In this document: positions 18,340 to 27,363 of the stretch, piece after piece
Layout of the letters: every line of letters starts with the position of its first letter
How positions within the stretch are numbered: the stretch's first letter is position 1
Virus record (IMG/VR): IMGVR_UViG_3300049001_000080
Span: 1 to 64,000 of that record
Direction: 5' to 3' (one strand)
Length of the DNA: 64,000 nucleotides
Source: a virus
Position numbers and translations under genes: made by a program
The notes under the pieces: model-generated
Database searches by the model: none
The model's input: the letters and a program-made list of their open reading frames with translations, nothing else
What the model was told of the DNA's origin: nothing

Positions 18340-18774
18340 CTAGCTCCACATCTCTGAGTACGGCTCACGGGACCGCAGGGCGGCCAGGGTGTACGGGACC
18401 ATGCCGGATGCGGGGAGCAGCAGGAGGGGGAACCAGCGGAGACCATCACACTTCTCGGGCTCGCGGTTGACCGGCTCACCCGTCCACCGAGTGGCCTCGA
18501 AGAACAGAGCCACCCGACTGCCGTCGTCGGTTTTGTGGTGCATGGTATGCACGAGCCGAGGCTCGTGCACGATGATCCCCAGCTCCTCGTGAGCCTCGCG
18601 AACCAGGGTGTGGCTCGCCATCTCGCCGGCCTCTAGGTGCCCGCTGGGCAGGTGCCAGAGCCCAGCCCCGAACGGCAGGTCGCGGGCTCGCAGCCCGAGG
18701 AGCACGGCGCCGTCGCGGCGGAGGACGAGGTGGACGCCCACGACGACCCGGTGCCTCGTGGCGACGGTGCTCAC
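18340..18774 (-). CDS. Nudix hydrolase
   Basis: Nudix box GHLEAGE......REAHEELG; NREPEKC. Confidence 0.9.
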   Translation of the reverse strand: MSTVATRHRVVVGVHLVLRRDGAVLLGLRARDLPFGAGLWHLPSGHLEAGEMASHTLVREAHEELGIIVHEPRLVHTMHHKTDDGSRVALFFEATRWTGEPVNREPEKCDGLRWFPLLLLPASGMVPYTLAALRSREPYSEMWS

Positions 18775-19160
18775 TGAGGGGCCTCGATCTCGGGGATGTC
18801 CAGGTCCTCGTCGGGGGACGGAGGCACCTCGTAGTTGGCGGCGCAGGCGTAGACGACGGCGAGGCAGCGAGCCGCCCGCTGGCCGTCTATCTTGCCCCGG
18901 TCGAGGAGGGCGTAGATCATCCGCTCGACGTCGGCGAAGTGGTAGACCCGGGCCTTGTTCCGCCGGGCCGGCACCTCGCCGAACAGACCGGCCCTCTCGC
19001 GCCAGCGGACCCAGTAGACCTTTCGGGCGAAGAAGACCGTGGCTACCTGGCCGATCTTCCACTCCGGCCCGAAGTCCGGTCGCCCGGCAAAGCGCATCCG
19101 GTCGGGGTCGACGCCCTCGGGGGTCACCACGACGGTCGGGAACGGGTCCCCGGTGGCCAC
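18771..19160 (-). CDS. MerR-like HTH DNA-binding protein
   Basis: WKIGQVA...WVRWRERAGL...R....RVYHFADVERM. Confidence 0.65.
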   Translation of the reverse strand: MATGDPFPTVVVTPEGVDPDRMRFAGRPDFGPEWKIGQVATVFFARKVYWVRWRERAGLFGEVPARRNKARVYHFADVERMIYALLDRGKIDGQRAARCLAVVYACAANYEVPPSPDEDLDIPEIEAPQ

Positions 19161-19167
19161 GACCCTC

Positions 19168-19944
19168 CTACCGGAGGTAGATGGAGGTCGTCGGCGCGGG
19201 GGCGACGACGGCGTGCTCCTGGAGGCGGGCCAGCAGGGACGGGTCCTTGCGCACGGCCTCGGACGCCTTGGCCTTGTCGAAGACGCGGGCGACCACGGGC
19301 AGCGAGGTGAGCGCGAGGTACTCGGCGCGGTCGAAGACGCCGGCCTCATGCGCGGCCAGCAGCCGCGCCGAGTCGACACGCGGCTCGCCCGAGCTGGTAG
19401 TACGCGCCCACCGCTTGCCGCTCTCGGGGTCGACGTGCTCGGTCTTGTCGAGGTAGTGGCCGTCCTTGTCCCGCAGGCTCGCCTTCGCGACCAGCACGCG
19501 CTCGCCGTCGACCTCCTGGTAGACGTCCTCGGGCGTGACGCGGCCGGTCCGCTCGGCGAGGTGGTCCAGGTGGTGCGCGGCGACCTCGCGGACGCCCACC
19601 TCCTTGCGCTCCTTGACCAGCTTGGCCACGAGGTCGAGGACCAGCCGCTCGGCGACCAGCTTGGCGACCTCGTCGTCCGACAGCTCGCGCGAGGTCGCGG
19701 GGGCGACGCGGCCGTAGACGGTGGGGAGCGCCACCAGGGCGGCACGCTGGGCGTCAGTGAGCGGCTTGACCGGCGGCGGGGCGGCCTCGGCCGGCGCCAC
19801 CGAGGAGGACGGCAGGCCGGAGTCGATCAGGTCCTGGAGCATCTGCTCGAAGGTCCGGCCGTCGCGCGCCACGGCGCTCTTGGCCCGGCTGAGCAGGTCC
19901 TGGATGGCGGGGTCCCGGCGTGCGACCTCGTTGCTGGCGGTCAT
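19168..19944 (-). CDS. Hypothetical phage protein
   Basis: ATG with GAGG upstream; GC3 bias. Confidence 0.65.
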   Translation of the reverse strand: MTASNEVARRDPAIQDLLSRAKSAVARDGRTFEQMLQDLIDSGLPSSSVAPAEAAPPPVKPLTDAQRAALVALPTVYGRVAPATSRELSDDEVAKLVAERLVLDLVAKLVKERKEVGVREVAAHHLDHLAERTGRVTPEDVYQEVDGERVLVAKASLRDKDGHYLDKTEHVDPESGKRWARTTSSGEPRVDSARLLAAHEAGVFDRAEYLALTSLPVVARVFDKAKASEAVRKDPSLLARLQEHAVVAPAPTTSIYLR

Positions 19945-19990
19945 GAGGACTACCTCTCGTCGTTCGTACTGGCTCCTGGCTGGGGCGTCG

Positions 19991-20022
19991 GTAGTGTATA
20001 GAATCCTTAGCACTACACGCAA
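19991..20022 (-). promoter_or_regulatory. Putative promoter/operator of the replication operon
   Basis: Minus strand TTGCGT-N16-TATACA; inverted repeat GTAGTG...CACTAC; AT-rich intergenic. Confidence 0.5.
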
Positions 20023-20024
20023 GA

Positions 20025-20072
20025 CACCGCCCCGGCGCCGGAGGCTGGTCCGGGGGTCGCGCCGGGGCGGTG
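20025..20072. terminator. Hairpin after holin
   Basis: 14-bp IR caccgccccggcgc / gcgccggggcggtg. Confidence 0.55.
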
Positions 20073-20084
20073 CCGCTCGATGGG

Positions 20085-20471
20085 TCAGGCGGCGGCGCGG
20101 TGGGCCACCGGCCGGGAGGTGCCGACTCCGACGTCCGCCGTGCGCCGCTCGATCGCCAGCACGGCGGTGTAGCGCAGGGCGCCGAAGTACGCGACCACGT
20201 CGGCCACCAGGGCGTTGATGAAGGCGTTGACGAAGCCGGCCAGGTCGTAGCCGCCGGTGTCGCGGGCCAGGTAGACGATCGAGGCACCGAGGGCGAGGGC
20301 CACGAGGTTGGTGGCGACCTTGACCCAGGGCTCGGCGTAGCGCTTGGTGACCAGGGCGACCAGCAGGGGCACCAGCGCACCCACGAGGTGGACGAGCTGG
20401 AGCGGCTGGAGGGCCACGACCCCCGACTGGAGCGGCTGGAGGACCATAACCCCCGAGCTGAGCACGTACAT
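20085..20471 (-). CDS. Holin-like membrane protein
   Basis: Three TM segments (VGALVPLLVALVTK...); preceded by the late-promoter motif. Confidence 0.65.
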   Translation of the reverse strand: MYVLSSGVMVLQPLQSGVVALQPLQLVHLVGALVPLLVALVTKRYAEPWVKVATNLVALALGASIVYLARDTGGYDLAGFVNAFINALVADVVAYFGALRYTAVLAIERRTADVGVGTSRPVAHRAAA

Positions 20472-20610
20472 CAGGACTCCTCTCCCCCGACCCCGCCGGG
20501 CGCGGGCTCGGACGACCTCGGCGGTCGGCGCGGGGTGGCGGGCGCAGCACAGAGCGAGGCCCCGCGCCTCACCCCTTAGGGCGGCGACGCGGGGCCTCGG
20601 GCAGGTGGGC

Positions 20611-22683
20611 TCAGATGCCGGCCAGGTACTCCAGCGCGGCATCGCGGTCGACCCGGGTCATGGACGGCATGTCCCGGATGAGCTGGTGCCGGTAGCCCTT
20701 CTTGGCCATCCGGGAGTCGAGGATCGCGACCAGCCCCCGGTCCTGCTTGGACCTGATGAGGCGCCCGGTCCACTGCTGGAGCGTCAGCGACGCGATCGGC
20801 AGGCTGTACTTCCCGAACGAGGCACCGTCGCCGTGGTCGCGGTCGATCCGCTCGCACCGGGCCTCGACCAGCGGCTCCTTGGGCATGGGGAACGCCAGCT
20901 TGGTGACGACCAGCAGGGACAGCGCCTCGCCCTGCACGTCGAACCCGGTGCCGAACGAATTGCTGCCCAGGAGCACTGAGTCCGCCTCGGCCTTGAACCG
21001 GTCGCCCAGGACCTTGTTCTCCAGGTCGCCCTGGACGAGCAGCGGCTGGGTGATGGTGCGCCGGAGGACGGTGGCGGCCCGCTGCATCTGCTTGAGGTTG
21101 GAGAACAGCACGAGCGCGCGCCCGCGCGAGGCACGCACGAGATCCTCGATCTCGGCCACGACGGCGGCCTCCCACTCCTCAGCCTCCGGCCACAAGCTGC
21201 CGTCCCGCCTGGTGCCGCCACCCGGCGGCAGCGGCAGGTCACCGGCGATGTAGAGCCGGCTCTGCGTCGCGTAGTCGAACGGGGTGCCGACGTCGAGGGA
21301 TCGGTGCTCATCGATCCCGAGGCGCCCGGTCACGTAGTCGAACCGCCCGCCCGTCGCGAGCGTCGCGCTGACCAGCGCGACCGGCGTCCTGGCGAACAGG
21401 TGCTGGGCCAGGAAGGGCGCCAGCGAGACGGGGCACGTGTTGATCACCTTGACCTTGCCGCTCCGTGCCGGCTCCGTGCTCACCCAGCGGACCAGGTCCG
21501 GGTCCTCCAGGAACAGTGCCTCGTAGCGCTTGGTCGTGCTGACGACCCGGCCGCTGAGGTACCCGTGCCGGTTCTTGGCCCGGTAGTAGTCCTCGGTCGC
21601 CACCGTCTCCAAGGTCGTGGTGCGCCAGGCCGCGTGGAGCTGCCGGAGGGCCGCGGAGAGCTTCGAGATCATGTCGAGGTTCTCCTCCAGCGTGGCCAGC
21701 CGGACGCGGCCGACCGGGAGGCCGAGTCCGTCGGGGTGGCCACGGGTGGGGGTTGCGTCGAACAGCTCGGCGGCGGCGGCGGTCACCAGGCCGCCGGCCC
21801 GCTCCACGGCCTCGACCACGTCCTCGTCGTCCTGGTAGCGCCGCACCCACGAGCGGGTCTCGTTGGCCAGGGACCGGAAGGTGCCCTCCCGGAGCTGGGT
21901 ACCGATCGTCTCGCCCGCGATCTTCTCGAACTCGTGCGCCTCGTCCAGGACGATCAAGTCGTACGCCCCGAGCATGCCCGCGAAGCGGGCGCCAGCCTCG
22001 GCACGGATCGAGAGGTCGGTGCACAGCAGGGCGTGGTTCACCACGACGATGCTGGAGGCCAGCGCCTTGCGCCGGGCGCGCTCGGCGTAGCACGAGTCGT
22101 CACCGCTGGCGGCCCGCGACTTGCAGCCGGACTCCCGGCACGCGTCGGCCTCCGAGCAGATGCGCGACCACTCGGAGCCCGAGACGTGGATCGGCAGGTC
22201 CTCGCGGGAGCCGTCCCAGTCGGGGTTCTCCTTGGCGTAGGCCAGGATCGACGGGAGGACCAGCGGGACGTCCGAGCCGGCCACCGCCTGCGTGAGGCAC
22301 AGGTACGCGGCCCTGCCCTTGAGCACGGACCAGGTGAACGGGACGCCGAGGTTCTCCTCCAGGAACGGCAGGTCCTTGTTGGAGAGCTGGCCCTGCAAGT
22401 TCTTCGTGGTGACGCTGATGATCACGCGCTTGCCGGACAGCACGGCGGGGATGGCGTACCCCAGCGCCTTACCGGTGCCGGTACCGGCCTGCCCCAGCAG
22501 GTGGGTCGGCGGCCCCTGCTCCGGGTCGTCGGGGTCGAACTCGGCGTGGTCGGCGATGAACCGCTCGATCGCCTCGGCGAGGACGGCCTGCTCGGCGCGC
22601 TCCTCGTAGCCAGGCAGCGTCTCGGCGAGGCGCCGCTGGGCGTCCGCGAAGGTCCGTATGGTCGTCGTGGCCTCAGTAGACAA
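20611..22683 (-). CDS. DinG/XPD-family helicase
   Basis: QAGTGTGK, LKGR..YLC plus Fe-S Cys, VVVNHALL, DEAH, SATL, LF, Q..GRLIR...DRG...ILDSR. Confidence 0.93.
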   Translation of the reverse strand: MSTEATTTIRTFADAQRRLAETLPGYEERAEQAVLAEAIERFIADHAEFDPDDPEQGPPTHLLGQAGTGTGKALGYAIPAVLSGKRVIISVTTKNLQGQLSNKDLPFLEENLGVPFTWSVLKGRAAYLCLTQAVAGSDVPLVLPSILAYAKENPDWDGSREDLPIHVSGSEWSRICSEADACRESGCKSRAASGDDSCYAERARRKALASSIVVVNHALLCTDLSIRAEAGARFAGMLGAYDLIVLDEAHEFEKIAGETIGTQLREGTFRSLANETRSWVRRYQDDEDVVEAVERAGGLVTAAAAELFDATPTRGHPDGLGLPVGRVRLATLEENLDMISKLSAALRQLHAAWRTTTLETVATEDYYRAKNRHGYLSGRVVSTTKRYEALFLEDPDLVRWVSTEPARSGKVKVINTCPVSLAPFLAQHLFARTPVALVSATLATGGRFDYVTGRLGIDEHRSLDVGTPFDYATQSRLYIAGDLPLPPGGGTRRDGSLWPEAEEWEAAVVAEIEDLVRASRGRALVLFSNLKQMQRAATVLRRTITQPLLVQGDLENKVLGDRFKAEADSVLLGSNSFGTGFDVQGEALSLLVVTKLAFPMPKEPLVEARCERIDRDHGDGASFGKYSLPIASLTLQQWTGRLIRSKQDRGLVAILDSRMAKKGYRHQLIRDMPSMTRVDRDAALEYLAGI

Positions 22684-22749
22684 CTCGGGGTCCTCTCTGG
22701 CGGGGTACGAGGGTGCAGCCTAGCACGCTACTGCCAGGGATCTCTAACA

Positions 22750-23835
22750 CTAGCCGACCGGCTCAGCACCACCTAGCGGCAGCGGCGGCTCCAGCGCGGC
22801 CCGGCACCGCTCTACGGCCCTCTCGATCACGCCGGCTGGGTCCTTGGCCCACAGCTCGCCCTGGTCCTCGGTCAGCCCCAGCCACTGGTCCAGCGAGACG
22901 CCAAAGCCGCCACCGAGGTGCCAGCGCTCCACCCAGTCATCCTCGTCCTCGACCTGGGCGTTGCCCAGGACCACCTCGGACACCAGGTCGGGCACGCCGT
23001 CGGGGTAGCCGGCGGCCCAGTCACCGACGGCGCCGGAGAGCGGCCGACCGGGCAGGAGCAGCCCCAGCAGGTGCCGGTAGCCGTCGCCACGCGGCAGGTC
23101 GGCGCGGTGGCGCACCCGGCGGCGGGTCGCCTCGACGTCCTCGCCCGTGATCGGGTTGTGGCCGACCTTGACGTGCTCCTCCCACCACAGGCCGACGCCT
23201 CGGCGCTGCCAGGCGGGCACGTCGTTGATGTTGACCCCGAGGTCGTGCAGCATCTCGTTCTTCTCGCTGGTCGAGGTCCCCTCCAGCGTCCCGGTGGCCC
23301 TGGCCGCACTGGCGCCCCTCCCGCGCAGCGTCCAGTAGGCCCAGCCGTTCAGGCAGCAGCGGAACGCGTCGTCCTGCCGCCACCGGAAGTAGTCGAGCAC
23401 GTCCTCGTCGGTGGCCGCCATCCAGACCCGCGAGTCGAAGGTCGGGTAGTCGGCCGGCGCCGTCGCGTGGATGAACGCGGCCGTGGCGGTGGCGGCCGTC
23501 AGCGAGACGATCTTCTCCAGCTCACGGTCGAACATGTCCCAGCCGCGCGGGAGCAGGATCGAGATCTCGTCGGACTCGGTGTAGGCGTAGACGCCGCCGA
23601 ACTCGGTGAGCAGCCTGGCCGCAGTCGCCTGCATCGCGCTGGCGAACCGCTCGTCGAACGGGCGCTCGTACCCGCGCGTCTCGACGAGCCGGGTGAAGGA
23701 GCGCCCGTCCACCCGAACGATGGTCCACATGCCCTTCGGCACGGTGAGCGAGTGCCACCACTCGCCGGCCCGCATCCGGCGCTCCAGGTCGCTCGCGCCC
23801 TCGCGGCGCGGGATCGGGCTGTAGTCGACGACCAT
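22750..23835 (-). CDS. Thg1-like 3'-5' polymerase (tRNA-His guanylyltransferase) with C-terminal extension
   Basis: IVRVDGRSFTR, YTESDEISIL, FDSR, YFRWRQ.D, PAWQRRG. Confidence 0.92.
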   Translation of the reverse strand: MVVDYSPIPRREGASDLERRMRAGEWWHSLTVPKGMWTIVRVDGRSFTRLVETRGYERPFDERFASAMQATAARLLTEFGGVYAYTESDEISILLPRGWDMFDRELEKIVSLTAATATAAFIHATAPADYPTFDSRVWMAATDEDVLDYFRWRQDDAFRCCLNGWAYWTLRGRGASAARATGTLEGTSTSEKNEMLHDLGVNINDVPAWQRRGVGLWWEEHVKVGHNPITGEDVEATRRRVRHRADLPRGDGYRHLLGLLLPGRPLSGAVGDWAAGYPDGVPDLVSEVVLGNAQVEDEDDWVERWHLGGGFGVSLDQWLGLTEDQGELWAKDPAGVIERAVERCRAALEPPLPLGGAEPVG

Positions 23836-24311
23836 CAGGACCCCTCTCCGGCGGGGAGCGCGAGCAGCCGGGGCGGGGCGACACCGGCACGCCAGGCCCG
23901 CTCCACCTCCGCCACCACGCGTGGCCCCACCACCGTGTCGTCAGGCAGGACGAGGTGGGCGAGAAACTCCTCCTCGAACGTGGTGATGCCGGTCTCGACG
24001 GCCTCCAGCTTGGCCTTGATGGCCAGCGCCAGGGCGCGCCACCGGCGCCGGATCTCGCCCTCCCAGGCCGCCTTGCGCGCGCCCTTGTCGGTTCGGACGC
24101 GCCCGCCGGGGGTCGTGGCGAACTGCGAGTCGCCCTCGCTCGGGAGGTCCAGCTCGAAGCGCACCTTGCGCTCGGCGACGATGAACGTGATCATCGCCCG
24201 GTCGCCCTCCCAGCCGTACCCGAACCCACTGGCGCCGTAGCGCCGCAGCGTCTTGGAGATCTCCATCTGCGACTGCTCGGGGCTCACGGTGGTGCCCTCG
24301 GCGTAGCTCAT
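23835..24311 (-). CDS. Conserved-type hypothetical protein
   Basis: YAEGTTV..EQS..EI...L.RYGA; WRALAL.IKAKLEAVE.GI. Confidence 0.75.
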   Translation of the reverse strand: MSYAEGTTVSPEQSQMEISKTLRRYGASGFGYGWEGDRAMITFIVAERKVRFELDLPSEGDSQFATTPGGRVRTDKGARKAAWEGEIRRRWRALALAIKAKLEAVETGITTFEEEFLAHLVLPDDTVVGPRVVAEVERAWRAGVAPPRLLALPAGEGS

Positions 24312-24472
24312 ACTCGTCCCCCACTCGCTGGCGGTCAGGTCCTCAAGGCTGGCACGGCCGCCAGCCGGCTGTCAACTTTCCTTGATACCCCACTCGATGT
24401 ACGTTGCGCGAGCTGGGCCGAAGGTGGTAGGCCTCCCTGCGTCCCTGCTCCAGACGACGTATGGAGGTCCCC

Positions 24473-24739
24473 ATGCTCCGCAAGCTCGCGCTCCGCGCCA
24501 CCGTCGCCCTCGGGCTCACGGCCGGGCTGATCGGTGGCCCCGCGCTCGCCGCCTCCGCGGCCCCCTCCGCACCCGCATCAGCGGTGGCTCCGGCCGTGGA
24601 CGTGTGCGGCACGGTACGGGCCCTGGCGGCCCCGCTGCTGGCCCTCGGCCTGCCGGTCAACACGGTGGTCCAGATCGTGTTCGGGCTCCTGGGCGGCACG
24701 GTCCAGATCCCCGAGATCCGGGCCTGCCTCGGCCTGTAG
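24473..24739 (+). CDS. Small secreted hydrophobic peptide (only clear plus-strand gene)
   Basis: GGAGG RBS, Sec signal peptide, two Cys flanking a hydrophobic core, downstream hairpin. Confidence 0.75.
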   Translation: MLRKLALRATVALGLTAGLIGGPALAASAAPSAPASAVAPAVDVCGTVRALAAPLLALGLPVNTVVQIVFGLLGGTVQIPEIRACLGL

Positions 24740-24783
24740 CCTGGCCGTAGGTCTTCCCCTCGCGGCACCAGAGCCGCACGCAG

Positions 24784-24824
24784 GAGCAGGGCCGTACCGG
24801 GTGGGTGACGGTACGGCCCTGCTC
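24784..24824. terminator. Bidirectional terminator between convergent genes
   Basis: 15-bp perfect IR gagcagggccgtacc / ggtacggccctgctc. Confidence 0.7.
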
Positions 24825-24851
24825 GTCTTGCCGGGATACTTCTATCTTGCC

Positions 24852-24983
24852 CTACCGGGTGGTGGCGGTCTTCGCTCCGCGGTGCACCTGGCGGTCGTGG
24901 ACGGCGGCGAGGAACTCCGCCTCCTTCGGGGGGTGCTCTGCGCTCCCATTGGTCTTGCACGGCTCGCAGTTGACGGTGGCCAT
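24852..24983 (-). CDS. 43-aa C2H2-type zinc-finger microprotein (not in the ORF track)
   Basis: AGGAGG RBS; MATVNCEPC...HDRQVH...; upstream TTGACA-N17-TAGCGT promoter. Confidence 0.7.
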   Translation of the reverse strand: MATVNCEPCKTNGSAEHPPKEAEFLAAVHDRQVHRGAKTATTR

Positions 24984-25025
24984 GGGTCCTCCTGGCGGTC
25001 TGGCGGGTGCTGGCGGTCGACCCTG

Positions 25026-25054
25026 ACGCTAGGCCGTCTACGGGAGGGTGTCAA
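25026..25054 (-). promoter_or_regulatory. SigA-type promoter
   Basis: TTGACA-17 nt-TAGCGT on the minus strand. Confidence 0.65.
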
Positions 25055-25068
25055 GTTTCTCTGGCAGT

Positions 25069-25120
25069 ATCGGCCGGTCTGGCGGCTAGTCGTCATCGGC
25101 CGGTCTGGCGGCTAGTCGTC
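25069..25120. repeat. Perfect 26-bp tandem duplication
   Basis: atcggccggtctggcggctagtcgtc x2. Confidence 0.95.
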
Positions 25121-25864
25121 GCCGAGCAGCAGCGACCGCTCGCCCTTCGGGGTGGCGCGCACCTCGTCCCAGTCGACGTCCTCGCGCCGCAGGAGCGCGT
25201 CGACGTCGGAGAGCCGGTACATCGGCACCCGTATCGTGCGACCCCTGGCCATGCCCCGCCCGGAGACCTCCTGGTGCTCGGCGGGCTCGATCCAGCCGCG
25301 CCGCACGACGTGGTCCCAGTCGCTCTTGCGGATGCCCAGCCGGCGCCGGCACTGGCCGGGGTGCAGCAGTGTGCGGGCGGCCCGGCGGTGCGGTCGTTCG
25401 GCCACCACCTCGGCGACGAGGGTCGCCTCCAGCGCGTCGACGTCGGGGGCCGCGAACGCCGGTCGGGCGCCCTCGCGGCGGGGCGGGATCGGCGCCAGCG
25501 CCCCGCGGCGCACCAGCTCCTCGACGTCCTCTGTCCACGCGTCCACGCCCAGCCGCTCGTACAGCCGACGGGAGGCCCAGTAGGCCGTCATCGGGCGGTC
25601 GCCGCCGGCCGCCTCGGGGACGACCTTGGCCAGGATGCCGGCGTGGCCCTCGGCCAGCTCGATCGACCACCGCTCCAAGACCTGACCACTCCGGGCCAGC
25701 GTGGTGCTACGGTCCGGCTCCGGCACGACCCCCGTCCGCCGTCGGGCGGCGGCGAGCTGCCAGCTCGGTACGTCGAGGAGCATCGCGAGCGTGCCGGGGG
25801 TGTAGTAGCCCCGCTCGCGGGCGTGCAGGCGCGCCAGCTCGGGGTCGGTGAGGTCCTCGGTCAC
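25112..25864 (-). CDS. Putative DNA-binding protein with repeated MerR-like HTH units
   Basis: Three units of type A..LG/DV...W..L...G....P. Confidence 0.5.
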   Translation of the reverse strand: MTEDLTDPELARLHARERGYYTPGTLAMLLDVPSWQLAAARRRTGVVPEPDRSTTLARSGQVLERWSIELAEGHAGILAKVVPEAAGGDRPMTAYWASRRLYERLGVDAWTEDVEELVRRGALAPIPPRREGARPAFAAPDVDALEATLVAEVVAERPHRRAARTLLHPGQCRRRLGIRKSDWDHVVRRGWIEPAEHQEVSGRGMARGRTIRVPMYRLSDVDALLRREDVDWDEVRATPKGERSLLLGDD

Positions 25865-26364
25865 GGGCTCGTCCTGGCTGCCACGCGGGCCGGCGACGCC
25901 GTGACGGGACGCGGCGTGGGCACGAGGGCGGTGGACACCCTGACCCGCCGCTCACGCAGGCTGCCGCGCAGCTCAGCGCGGCACTCGCGACCGATGAAGT
26001 GGTCGACCAGCGCGAGGTAGATGCCACAGAACTCCGGACCGTGGGCGGCGTACTGGTGGTGCCAGGCGAAGACGTGGGCGACCTCGTGCAGGACGATCAG
26101 TCGGTTCCAGGCGAAGGGAGGCAGCACGATGCGGCCGTCTGGCCACGCCGTGGCCGACACCCTCGTCCGCCTCTCGGCGACGGGTACGACCTGCTGGCTC
26201 CACCGGGCCCGCACCCACCTGGACCGGTTGACCTTGGCGACGAACTCCTCGACCTGGGGCCACTCCATGGGCTGGTGCCAGCAGTCGCCGAGGGCGTCCT
26301 CAGCCTCGTAGACACGCTTGCACATGGTGTCACGCGGTGGCTTGCCGTCGAGGGTGGTCACCAC
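25861..26364 (-). CDS. HEXXH metallohydrolase (Rv0185/SprT-like), paralog 1
   Basis: VYEAE...LIVLHEVAH...HGPEFCGIYLALV. Confidence 0.8.
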   Translation of the reverse strand: MVTTLDGKPPRDTMCKRVYEAEDALGDCWHQPMEWPQVEEFVAKVNRSRWVRARWSQQVVPVAERRTRVSATAWPDGRIVLPPFAWNRLIVLHEVAHVFAWHHQYAAHGPEFCGIYLALVDHFIGRECRAELRGSLRERRVRVSTALVPTPRPVTASPARVAARTSP

Positions 26365-26582
26365 GGGCCGTCCTTCGTCATCAGGTGGTCCGCGACCTGG
26401 GCGGCCATCCCCAGGCCAGGCATGTTCGCGCCGAGTCGGGCGTGCTCGGCGTGCAGGCTCTCGCCCATGAGCCAGTCCGCGACCTGCGACGCGGGCAGCG
26501 TCAGAGTCACCTCGGAGCTGGAGCGGCGGAGCAGCCGCGCGACGTGGGCGAGCCGCTCGGTGTCGACCCCGTTGACGATCAC
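26358..26582 (-). CDS. Hypothetical protein
   Basis: Overlapping junctions with both neighbours. Confidence 0.5.
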   Translation of the reverse strand: MIVNGVDTERLAHVARLLRRSSSEVTLTLPASQVADWLMGESLHAEHARLGANMPGLGMAAQVADHLMTKDGPW

Positions 26583-27076
26583 GCCGCCCGCCTCGCCGGG
26601 TGGTCGACCACCAGGGTGTCGACCGGGTGGATGCCTCGCCTCTCCAGCTCCCTGCGGAGCAGGCGCTCGGCGGGGGCGCCGACGAACTTGCGCAGCAGCG
26701 CGAGGTAGACCCCGCAGAACTCGGGGCCGTGCGGCTCGTCGGCGAACTTCGAGGTCGCTCGGTGCGCGATCTCGTGCAGCAGGTAGACCGGACCCCGGGC
26801 GCCGGGCGACAGGTGTATCTCGCCCTTGCCCGTGACGTAGGCGCCCCGGCCGTGCCGCTCCCTCACGGGGGTGGCGTCCAGGCCGGGCCAGCGCTCCTGC
26901 ACCCAGGGGCTGCTCAAGACGTTGTAGACGTACGCCACGACCTCGGGCCAGTCGAGCTGGATCAGCATCAGGCCGCGGACCGTGCCGGGCCGGCCGAGCC
27001 AGAACGCCTCCCGCTCGGCCTCGTACATCCGGGCCTGGACTCTCCCCGGCGCCACCTCCGGCATGGCGGCGGTCAC
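26579..27076 (-). CDS. HEXXH metallohydrolase, paralog 2
   Basis: MYEAE...YLLHEIAH...HGPEFCGVYLALL. Confidence 0.8.
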   Translation of the reverse strand: MTAAMPEVAPGRVQARMYEAEREAFWLGRPGTVRGLMLIQLDWPEVVAYVYNVLSSPWVQERWPGLDATPVRERHGRGAYVTGKGEIHLSPGARGPVYLLHEIAHRATSKFADEPHGPEFCGVYLALLRKFVGAPAERLLRRELERRGIHPVDTLVVDHPARRAA

Positions 27077-27363
27077 CGGGCCGCCCGCCTCTCGCGCAGC
27101 CACAGGCCCAGCTCGCCGCCACCGCGGCCGGTGCAGTACGTGACGAGGGCCAGCACCGGCGGCCAGCCGTACCATCCCGGCAGGCCCAGCGTGGACGCTC
27201 CGACGCCCACCCCCATGAGCAGCGGGAACCACCTCACGTACAGCCGGGCTTCCCTCGTTCGATCCTCTGCGCTCCCTGGCTGACGGTAGGCCACGTAGAG
27301 CATGACGAGCGACGACACCGGCACGCTCCAGAGGAGGGCCAGGAGCACGAGCGGCGGCATCAC
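27073..27363 (-). CDS. Small membrane protein
   Basis: Three hydrophobic segments. Confidence 0.55.
   Translation of the reverse strand: MMPPLVLLALLWSVPVSSLVMLYVAYRQPGSAEDRTREARLYVRWFPLLMGVGVGASTLGLPGWYGWPPVLALVTYCTGRGGGELGLWLRERRAAR

Noticed and set aside
24991-25120. CRISPR-like array
   Set aside because: Only one tandem duplication and short heptamers, with no spacers
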